Shown here: positions 25,163-32,659 of the stretch, piece by piece | Numbering within the stretch: the stretch's first letter is position 1 | Layout of the letters: each line of letters opens with the position of its first letter | Source: Gemmatimonadota bacterium | GTDB taxonomy: Bacteria; Gemmatimonadota; Gemmatimonadetes; JACCXV01; JAHWKZ01 | Direction of reading: 5' to 3' | NCBI GenBank assembly: GCA_035711625.1 | Contig: DASTCA010000022.1 | Span: forward strand, 21,039 to 85,038 | DNA length: 64,000 nt | Position numbers and translations under genes: made by a program | Notes under the pieces: generated by a model | The model's database searches: none | Told to the model about the DNA's origin: nothing | What the model saw: only the letters and a program-made list of their open reading frames with translations

Positions 25163-26383
25163 GTGCGCTTCCTCCTCGCGACCGCCCGGAAGGACCTGCT
25201 CCGGCTGCGAAGCGACTGGCCCGCGCTCCTCCTGTGGATCGGGATCCCGCTCCTCGTCGGCGGGCTCCTGGTCCTCGTCTTCGGCGGCGACTCGAACCCG
25301 CGCGCGCGACTCCTGGTCGACGACCGCGACAGCTCGCTGGCGGGCCGCCTCCTGACCGGTGGCTTCTCCCAGGGCCCGCTGGCCGAGATCGTCGATGTCG
25401 AGGGGGTGGCGACCGACGAGGGTCTCCGGCGCATTGAGGACGGGGACGCCTCCGCGCTGCTCGTGATCCCGGAGGGATTCGGCGCGGCGCTCCTGGACGG
25501 TCGACCGGCCTCGCTCGAGCTCGTAAAGAACCCGGCCCAGACGATTCTTCCCGCTATCCTCCAAACCGCCCTCGACATCGAGCTCGAGGCGGCCGAGGTC
25601 CTGCGGCGCCTGTTCGATGAGCCGATCGCGCGCATCGCGGCGGACGAGGACCGCGAAGGGTTCCCGCCCGATTCCCTGGTCGCGTCGGTGGCCGCGGAGT
25701 TCAATCGCGCGGGGGAAGGCGCGCGCGGATGGCTCCTGCCGCCGGCGATCGAGCTGGCGACGGTCGAGCCTCCAGCGGAGCAGGCGTTCGACTTCGGGCG
25801 CGCGTTCTTCCCGGGCATGCTGATCCTCGCACTCCTCTTCATGGCCACCGGCCTCTCGGCCGACGTGTGGAGCGAGCGCCGACTCGGAACCCTCGAGCGC
25901 GCGATCGTCACGCCGGGCGGCGTCGGGACGTTCGTCGCCGGCAAGTGGCTCGCGGGAGCGGCCGCGCTCGCGCTGGTCGCGGCCATCGGACTCGTGGCCG
26001 GCCGGTGGGCGTTCGGGATCGAGATCGCCAACCCGGCGCTCGCGTTCGTCTGGCTGGCCCTCGTCGGCGTCGCGCTCCTCGCCGCGTTCACGCTCGTCCA
26101 AGTCCTGGCGAAGAGCGAGCGCGCAGCGAGCGTCCTCGTCAATGCTGTCACCCTCCCGCTGGCGATGCTCGGCGGGAGCTTCTTCCCGTTCGAGGCGATG
26201 CCGTCGTGGATGGTCGCGCTCGGGAAGGCGACCCCCAACGGGTGGGCGCTCCTGCGGCTGCGCGCGATCGTCGACGGTGACCCCGAGCCGCGACTGCTTG
26301 CGGTCTCGGCGATCGGGGTGATCGCTCTCCTCGTCGTCGGCGGCTGGCTCGTCACCCGTCGCATCCGGAGCTGGACATCGTGA
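25163..26383 (+). CDS. ABC-2 family transporter permease
   Basis: GTG 3 nt after the ATPase stop. N-terminal TM, a large extracytoplasmic loop, then 5 TM helices (ABC-2 exporter topology). Confidence 0.6.
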   Translation: MRFLLATARKDLLRLRSDWPALLLWIGIPLLVGGLLVLVFGGDSNPRARLLVDDRDSSLAGRLLTGGFSQGPLAEIVDVEGVATDEGLRRIEDGDASALLVIPEGFGAALLDGRPASLELVKNPAQTILPAILQTALDIELEAAEVLRRLFDEPIARIAADEDREGFPPDSLVASVAAEFNRAGEGARGWLLPPAIELATVEPPAEQAFDFGRAFFPGMLILALLFMATGLSADVWSERRLGTLERAIVTPGGVGTFVAGKWLAGAAALALVAAIGLVAGRWAFGIEIANPALAFVWLALVGVALLAAFTLVQVLAKSERAASVLVNAVTLPLAMLGGSFFPFEAMPSWMVALGKATPNGWALLRLRAIVDGDPEPRLLAVSAIGVIALLVVGGWLVTRRIRSWTS

Positions 26384-27528
26384 GCGCGCTCGGCGCCGCC
26401 CTGTTCGTTGCCCGCAAGGACCTGTGGTACATGCTCCGGCAGAAGGAGACGCTGCTGTGGACCTTCGGGATGCCTCCCGTCTTCTTCTTCTTCATCGGAA
26501 CGATTACCGGCGGGTTCGCGGACGGAGACGAAAAGCCGGCGCTGGACCTCGTCGCCCCGGCCCCCGCGGGCTGGTTCGCCGACGCCCTGGAGAAGCGCCT
26601 TGCCGACGAGGGGTTCGACGTCCGGCGGACGGACGCCCCTCCGCCCGATTCGCTGGCCGCTTCCAGGCGGCTCGTCCTGCCGGCAGCGTTCACCGATTCG
26701 CTTGTCGCGGCGAGTCGGGTTTCGGCGCGGTTCGAGCACGGGGGGGAGCTGGATCCGGCCGGCCGCTGGGATCAGATCCGCGTGGCGCGGGCGGTGTACG
26801 GCCTGCTGGCCGACGCGGCCCTGGTCGAGAGCGGTGGGGACACGGTGAGCGCCTCCGCTCTCGAACGCGAACGCGCGCGCCCGCGGATGTTCACGCTGGA
26901 CGTGCGCGCGGCGGGTAGCGCGCTGGAGGCTCCGTCAGGGTTCCAGCAGGCCGTGCCGGGCACGATGGTGATGTTCACGCTCCTCGTTCTCCTTACCTCG
27001 GGCGCCGTCGCGCTCGTGATCGAACGCCGCGAGGGGCTGCTCCGGCGCGTGGCGTCGACGCCGTTGCCGCGCGCGGGGGTCGTGGCGGGGAAATGGGGCT
27101 CACGGATGGCGCTCGGGCTGGTCCAGATCGCGTTCGCGATCGCGGTCGGGACCGCCTTCTTCTCGGTCGACTGGGGCCCGGACCTCTGGATGGTGGGGCT
27201 CGTCCTTGTGGGATGGGCCTCCCTCTGCGCCGGCCTTGCGATCCTGTCGGGAAACCTCGCCCGCACCGAGGGGCAGGCGGTGGGGCTCGGCGTGTTCGCC
27301 GCCAACCTCCTGGCAGCGCTCGGCGGGTGCTGGTGGCCGATCGAGGTCACGCCGGGCTGGGCGCAGCGCCTTGCGCTCGGGCTCCCTACCGGATGGACGA
27401 TGGACGCGCTCCACCGCCTCATGAGCTTTCAGGCCGGGGCGTCCGCCGCGCTGCCGCACCTAGTGGCGCTCTCCGTCGCCGCACTCATCGTCGGCTGGAT
27501 CGCGACGCGGACGTTCCGCTACGCCTGA
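26380..27528 (+). CDS. ABC-2 family transporter permease (second subunit)
   Basis: GTG overlaps the upstream stop (GTGA). Same topology as the preceding permease. Confidence 0.6.
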   Translation: MSALGAALFVARKDLWYMLRQKETLLWTFGMPPVFFFFIGTITGGFADGDEKPALDLVAPAPAGWFADALEKRLADEGFDVRRTDAPPPDSLAASRRLVLPAAFTDSLVAASRVSARFEHGGELDPAGRWDQIRVARAVYGLLADAALVESGGDTVSASALERERARPRMFTLDVRAAGSALEAPSGFQQAVPGTMVMFTLLVLLTSGAVALVIERREGLLRRVASTPLPRAGVVAGKWGSRMALGLVQIAFAIAVGTAFFSVDWGPDLWMVGLVLVGWASLCAGLAILSGNLARTEGQAVGLGVFAANLLAALGGCWWPIEVTPGWAQRLALGLPTGWTMDALHRLMSFQAGASAALPHLVALSVAALIVGWIATRTFRYA

Positions 27529-27537
27529 ACGTAATTC

Positions 27538-27567
27538 TTGATCGACGGTCCGCTTACGCGATAGTAT
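27538..27567 (+). promoter_or_regulatory. sigma70-like promoter candidate
   Basis: TTGATC, an 18-nt spacer, then TAGTAT in a locally AT-rich 79-bp gap. GGGAGGCGG Shine-Dalgarno sequence and GTG at 27608 follow. Confidence 0.35.
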
Positions 27568-27607
27568 GAGCCACTCCGAACGTGGTTGACCCTCTCCGGG
27601 AGGCGGC

Positions 27608-28027
27608 GTGGAACGGATTCACTGGGTACGCGTGATCCTCGGCGGGATCGCGGCAGCCGTGGTGCTCGGGATCGGGGAATATGTCCTGCACGAATACGTG
27701 CTCGGCGCGCGCATGGAGGAGGCCATGATCGAGATGGAGATGGAGAATCCGACCGGGGCCGACATGGCGATCTTCTCCGCGATTACGCTCGTTACCGGGA
27801 TGCTCCTGGTCTGGCTCTATGCGGCCATCCGGCCTCGTTTCGGACCGGGCCCGCGCACGGCGATCATCGCGGGACTGTTCCTGTGGGTCCCTCTCAACGT
27901 GTTCTGGTACGGGTACAATCTCGCGTGGGAGACCTTCCCTCAGGACGTCATCACGATGTCCACCGTCTGGGGGTTCTTGGCGCTCCCGATCGCGACGCTG
28001 GTGGGGGCATGGCTCTACCGCGAGTAG
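27608..28027 (+). CDS. hypothetical membrane protein (4 TM)
   Basis: GTG at 27608 with Shine-Dalgarno sequence. Four hydrophobic helices. No recognised domain. Confidence 0.5.
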   Translation: MERIHWVRVILGGIAAAVVLGIGEYVLHEYVLGARMEEAMIEMEMENPTGADMAIFSAITLVTGMLLVWLYAAIRPRFGPGPRTAIIAGLFLWVPLNVFWYGYNLAWETFPQDVITMSTVWGFLALPIATLVGAWLYRE

Positions 28028-28221
28028 CGGCTCGCGCGGTGCGTCTGGCGCTCGCGGCGGCAACGCTCGGTACCGCGCTCGCGTGCAGCACGAGTGACCC
28101 CGACACCGCGCCCGCCGACGGAGGCCGGATCGGGCGCACCACGGCCGACGTCGACAGCGCGCTCGATCCGGCGCGCGCACGCATCCGCGCGATCGACTCC
28201 CTGGGAGAGGGGATCGAGTGA
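28009..28221 (+). CDS. small putative lipoprotein (70 aa)
   Basis: ATG at 28009 overlaps the previous gene by 19 nt. Signal peptide with lipobox LGTALAC. High third-position GC. Weak call. Confidence 0.3.
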   Translation: MALPRVAARAVRLALAAATLGTALACSTSDPDTAPADGGRIGRTTADVDSALDPARARIRAIDSLGEGIE

Positions 28222-28243
28222 GGACTCGGGGGAGAACGGCCCG

Positions 28244-28888
28244 CTAGAGGGCGGGCCGGAAGCGCTCCCCGCGCGGCCGCGCCCAGGCGGGCGGCTCGGT
28301 CGCGAGCCAGGCGCCTCCGACCGCGGCGCCGACGCCCAGCAGCAGCGTGAACCCGGCCCACAAGCCGGCGTCGATCGCCCCCTCCGCGCGCGCTGCCAGC
28401 CGGCGCATCGCCTCTGCGCGAAGCTCTTCGAGATCCTCGTCCTCCACCTCGCCCGCGGGGGGAAGGGTCGAACCCGCCTCGATCTCTCCCAGGACCCCGT
28501 AGACGCTCTCCGTCGCCACCGCGAGCGGGCCGCCGAGGAGCGTGCTGATCGCCGTCGTCAGAAGCCAGAACGAGGCCAGCGTCACGATCGCCCACACGAG
28601 GACGCCGAGGAGCACCCCGCGGGGCGCGAACGGCCCGCCCGCCACGCGGCCCGCCGTCCAGCCGCCGAGGAACAGCGACAGGAGAGCGCTGACCGTCCAC
28701 CAGACGCCGATCGCCCCGGTGATCGTCCCCGACTCGACGTCCGGGTCCGACACCACGTCCACGGCACCTAGGCCGAGTCCCAGGGCGAGGATCGCCAACA
28801 CCAGATGCAGGGTGAGAGCCACCAGGGCCCCGGCAAAGACCGCGCTCCAGGAGATCCCGCCGGGAAACACCACGTCCCTTTCGATCAT
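28244..28888 (-). CDS. hypothetical membrane protein
   Basis: ATG at 28888 after GGAGGAAG. Five TM helices and an acidic cytoplasmic tail. The track ORF extends 58 further codons upstream. Confidence 0.5.
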   Translation of the reverse strand: MIERDVVFPGGISWSAVFAGALVALTLHLVLAILALGLGLGAVDVVSDPDVESGTITGAIGVWWTVSALLSLFLGGWTAGRVAGGPFAPRGVLLGVLVWAIVTLASFWLLTTAISTLLGGPLAVATESVYGVLGEIEAGSTLPPAGEVEDEDLEELRAEAMRRLAARAEGAIDAGLWAGFTLLLGVGAAVGGAWLATEPPAWARPRGERFRPAL

Positions 28889-29125
28889 CGCTTCCTCCCT
28901 GTGCAAGTTCCTCCCATTCCTCCATCTTGACGCGTCGCGCGGACTCGCGCCAGCAAGTCGATCACTCACCGCGAGGTGCGATGGGAGCGGTCCGATTCCG
29001 GCTGTCGGCCTTGATGCTCCTGCGTACTTCGTGCGGGACGGGTGGTTCGTGATCCTCAGCACATCCCTCGACGCTCCGCCACATGCCCACGCCGGGAGCC
29101 TGTATCATGGGATGACGGGGCCCCG

Positions 29126-31117
29126 ATGACCCAGCGAACCTATCGCCTGGCGGCTGTCTGCTTCGCGGACATCGCGGGCTACACCGAGCTCTCCGCGAGG
29201 AACGAGGGCGAAGCAGTGGCGGTGGTCGAGCTGCTCCAGGAGGTGGCGCTCCGGGCCGTCGGAGAGCGCGGAGGCCGCGTCGTCAAGTTCATCGGCGATG
29301 CCGTCCTGGCCGAGTTCACGAGCACGGACGATGCCGTGCGGTCGGCGATCGAGATGCGGGACCGTTTCGCGGCGGAGGCTCGCACGCGTGGGTTTGGTAC
29401 CCGCGACGTTCGCGTCGGCGTGCATCTCGGCGACATCGTGACGGCGGCGGACGGGGACGTCTACGGCGACGGCATCAACGTCGCCGCGCGCATCCAGGGG
29501 GCGGCCGAGCCCGGACACGTGTGGGTGAGCGAGGACGTGTGGCGCCAGCTGCGACAGCGTCCGGAGTTCCAGTTCGAGTCGCGAGGCGAGCACGCGCTCA
29601 AGGGCGTAGCCACGCCGGTAGGATTGTATGGCGTGCGATTGGAGCCGTCCGCCCGCGCCGCCGTACCTCCTCGTCCCGCGGCGAAGGCGGAAGCAAAGAC
29701 CGCTCCCCACAAGCAGTCGGTGGCGGTCCTTCCGTTTGCGAACATGAGCGCGAACGCCGAGAACGAGTACTTCTCGGACGGCGTCACCGAGGAGATCCTT
29801 ACCCTGCTCGCCCGCATCGAAGGCCTCAAGGTGATCAGCCGGACCTCGATCATGCGCTACAAGGGAGCCGACAAGCCGATGCGCCAGATCGCCGAAGAGC
29901 TGGGCGTCGCCTCCATCGTGGAAGGGAGCGTCCGGCAGGCGGGGCAGCGCGTGCGGATCACGGCCCAGCTGATCGACGCCGCGACCGATGAGCATCTGTG
30001 GGCCGATCGGTACGACCGCGACCTCGAGGACATCTTCGCCATCCAGACCGACGTCGCCGAGCGGATCGTCGAGGCGCTGCGCGTGCGGCTGACTCCGAAA
30101 GAGCAGGCGCGGCTCGTCGAGCGCCCGACGGAGAACGTGGAGGCCTACCAGTCGTACCTGAAGGGCCGTCACTTCCTGAGTCGGCGGACGGAGGCGACGC
30201 TCCGGCAGGCGATCGAGTGGTTCCGGAAGGCGGTGGCGGCGGACCCCGGGTTCGCGCAGGCCTGGGCCGGGCTGGCGGACACCTTCGCGGTGCTGCCGAG
30301 TTACAGCCCGATGCCGGTGCCGGAGGCGTGCGCCGAAGGGCGCTCGGCCGCTGAGCGCGCTCTGGCGCTCGACCCCGCGCTGGGTGAGGTGCACGCGGCT
30401 CTCGGTTTCTTGGCCCAGAATGAGTCGAACTGGGAGGAGGCGGAGCGTGAATTCCGCTGCGCGCTCGAGCTAGCGCCCGGATACGCCACCGCGTACCACT
30501 GGTACGGGAACTTCCTGTCATCGCGCGGCCGGACGGAGGAGGCGCTGGCGGCGCTCCGTCGTGCGCTCGAGCTCGATCCGGTGTCGCTGCCGGTTCACAT
30601 GGCCGTGGGGGTCGCCCTCCATTTCGACCGTCGGTTCGACGAGGCGATCGACGTGTGCCGCAAGGCGATCGAGATGGATCCGGGCTACACCAACGCCCAC
30701 CAGAACCTCGCCAACTCGTATCTCTGTCAGGGGCGCTACGAGGAGGCCCTGACCGAGTGGGAGATCATCTCTGAACTGAATCCCGCGAGATTTCCGCCCG
30801 AGCTGTTGTCGGAGATCCGGGCAGGCCATGCGTCGGACGGGGAGCGCGGGTTCTGGGAGGCGGTTCTCGAGGGGTTGCGGTCGCGGCCCAAGGCGCTGGG
30901 CCGGGCCTACGACATGCCCCAGGCCTGCGCCCAGCTCGGAAGGATCGACGAGGCGTTCGCCTTGATCGACGTGCTCCTGGTCGAGCGAAGCGCGATCGCG
31001 ATTCAGGTTCCGCGCGATCCGCTGTTCGATCCGATCCGCACCGATCCCCGCTACGAGAAGGTCCTGGAGCGGCTGGGGCTCGGGGCTGACGGATCGCGCG
31101 GCATCAGCCGCCGCTGA
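29126..31117 (+). CDS. class III adenylate/guanylate cyclase (CHD) fused to TolB-like and TPR domains, cytoplasmic
   Basis: ATG at 29126. CHD motifs FADIAGYT, KFIGDAVLA, GDGINVAARI. Then a region like the N-terminal domain of TolB, seen in other TPR-type cyclases (VAVLPFANMS...GLKVISRTS...IVEGSVR). Then multiple TPRs (AIEWFRKAVAADPGFAQAW, etc.). No TM helix. Confidence 0.75.
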   Translation: MTQRTYRLAAVCFADIAGYTELSARNEGEAVAVVELLQEVALRAVGERGGRVVKFIGDAVLAEFTSTDDAVRSAIEMRDRFAAEARTRGFGTRDVRVGVHLGDIVTAADGDVYGDGINVAARIQGAAEPGHVWVSEDVWRQLRQRPEFQFESRGEHALKGVATPVGLYGVRLEPSARAAVPPRPAAKAEAKTAPHKQSVAVLPFANMSANAENEYFSDGVTEEILTLLARIEGLKVISRTSIMRYKGADKPMRQIAEELGVASIVEGSVRQAGQRVRITAQLIDAATDEHLWADRYDRDLEDIFAIQTDVAERIVEALRVRLTPKEQARLVERPTENVEAYQSYLKGRHFLSRRTEATLRQAIEWFRKAVAADPGFAQAWAGLADTFAVLPSYSPMPVPEACAEGRSAAERALALDPALGEVHAALGFLAQNESNWEEAEREFRCALELAPGYATAYHWYGNFLSSRGRTEEALAALRRALELDPVSLPVHMAVGVALHFDRRFDEAIDVCRKAIEMDPGYTNAHQNLANSYLCQGRYEEALTEWEIISELNPARFPPELLSEIRAGHASDGERGFWEAVLEGLRSRPKALGRAYDMPQACAQLGRIDEAFALIDVLLVERSAIAIQVPRDPLFDPIRTDPRYEKVLERLGLGADGSRGISRR

Positions 31118-31394
31118 CCGCCTGGACGATCGTCAGGCGATCGCCCGCGGACAGCGGGAGCTCTGGCCGCGGAGCCCGAGGTACGAGCCGGTCGTTGTGA
31201 AGGACGAGGACATGCGGTCGCAGCTCACCCGCTTCCGTGAACACGTGGGTCGCGAGCACGGGCCACCGGTTCCGGATCGCGGCGAACGCGGTCCCCAGGC
31301 GGTCCGCCTCGATCTCGACGGCGGAGCGGCCGTCCGTGCAGTCGCGAAGCATGCGGGGCAGCTCCAGCGTCACTCGACCCATCGGTCCCCTCAT
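31104..31394 (-). CDS. MoaD/ThiS-family ubiquitin-like sulfur-carrier protein
   Basis: ATG at 31394 overlaps the BNR gene stop (ATGA). 96 aa ending ...LSAGDRLTIVQAVSGG, which matches the MoaD/ThiS/CysO C-terminal pattern (..DGDE..I.PPVSGG). An alternative start at 31382 gives 92 aa. Confidence 0.6.
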   Translation of the reverse strand: MRGPMGRVTLELPRMLRDCTDGRSAVEIEADRLGTAFAAIRNRWPVLATHVFTEAGELRPHVLVLHNDRLVPRAPRPELPLSAGDRLTIVQAVSGG

Positions 31395-32500
31395 GCATAC
31401 GCCGCGGCGCGGACGCAGAGGACGCGGGGAAGACGCGCCGGGAGTCGTCGCCAATCGTCGCCCGCGTCCGCGGACGCGAACACGTCGCCGCCCGTCGTGC
31501 CGAAGTAGACTCCGGTCGGCGCGCGCCCGTCGAGCGCCATCGCGTCGCGGAGGACGCCGGTGAAAACCGGCTCCTCGGCGCCGACGGCATCCCGCCGCTG
31601 CCACGACTCGCCTGCGTCCTTCGATCGCCAGACCGCCGGACGCCCGCCGTCGAAGACCCGGTTCTCGTCGGAGACGAGCGGGGCGACGAACAGCTCGCCT
31701 TCCGGCGACAGGACCATGGGGAAGCCGAAGCGGTGCGGGAGCTCGCGGTCGATCGCCGTCCATGTGCGTCCGGCGTCGTCGCTCCGGAAGACGCCGCTCG
31801 ACCGCTTGCCGTCGGGAGTCATCGTGTGGGCGTGGAACTGCATGAATAGGCGGTCCCTGCGCGTCTCGTCGAGGACGATCTTATGGATGCAGAACATGGC
31901 GTCCTCGTCGGGCGACCCGGTCATCGTCATCGGGGGGAGCCCCTCGTTCCACGCCTCCCACGTCTCGCCGCCGTCCGTGGTGCCGAAGACCCCGACCGCG
32001 CTGATCGCGACCCACATCCGACGCGGGTCGTGGGGATCGACGAGGATGGAATGGAGGCAGAGTCCGCCGTTCCCGGGATGCCAATGGGGGCGGGAAGGGT
32101 GTCGCGTGAGCGCGTCGATCTCCCGCCACGAAGCGCCGTCGTCGTCGCTCGCGTAGAGCGCGGCGTCGGCCACGCCGGCGTAGAGTTGTCCGCGTCCGGT
32201 TCCGCGCGCGAGCTGCCAGATTCGAGTCAGCGGATGCTCGGCGGGTTCGTCGGGGGGGCGCAACGGCGTCTGAGTCCACGTCGCGCCCGCGTCGCGGGTC
32301 TCGCGGATCGTGGCGCCAAACGCCTCGTGCGAGGTGCCGACGTGGAGTCGATCCGGATCCGCGGGATCGGGGAGGATCGCGTCGACTCGCCACTCCGGCA
32401 GAAGTGGCTCTCCGATCCGCCACGACCGGCGCCCGTCGTCGGACTGAAACCGATACGCGCCCTTCACCGTACCCACCCACAAGACCACTGGCTCGGCCAT
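31391..32500 (-). CDS. BNR/sialidase-like beta-propeller protein (Ycf48-like fold)
   Basis: ATG at 32500 after AGGAGGAG. Repeated S-x-D-x-G-x-T-W BNR motifs (SDDGRRSW, DAGATW, DDGASW, DGGETW, DDAGRTW, KDAGESW). Confidence 0.65.
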   Translation of the reverse strand: MAEPVVLWVGTVKGAYRFQSDDGRRSWRIGEPLLPEWRVDAILPDPADPDRLHVGTSHEAFGATIRETRDAGATWTQTPLRPPDEPAEHPLTRIWQLARGTGRGQLYAGVADAALYASDDDGASWREIDALTRHPSRPHWHPGNGGLCLHSILVDPHDPRRMWVAISAVGVFGTTDGGETWEAWNEGLPPMTMTGSPDEDAMFCIHKIVLDETRRDRLFMQFHAHTMTPDGKRSSGVFRSDDAGRTWTAIDRELPHRFGFPMVLSPEGELFVAPLVSDENRVFDGGRPAVWRSKDAGESWQRRDAVGAEEPVFTGVLRDAMALDGRAPTGVYFGTTGGDVFASADAGDDWRRLPARLPRVLCVRAAAYA

Positions 32501-32659
32501 CGTGACTCCTCCTCGGGTTCAGAGAATCCACCGCGGAGCGTACCGGACCCGCCGGACGACCGTCAAGCGATGCGGCTTTGCAACCCTCCGACCGCCGGGA
32601 CGATCCCAGAGGTAGAACGCCGGCCACATCGCCGAACCCGGATCGCTGGAGGCAGCTCG

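Noticed and set aside
31395-31763. Longer 219-aa version of the MoaD-like ORF (31104..31763)
   Set aside because: The upstream 123 codons overlap the BNR gene in another frame and are Arg/Pro-rich junk. The ATG at 31394 gives a canonical MoaD length and an ATGA coupling.
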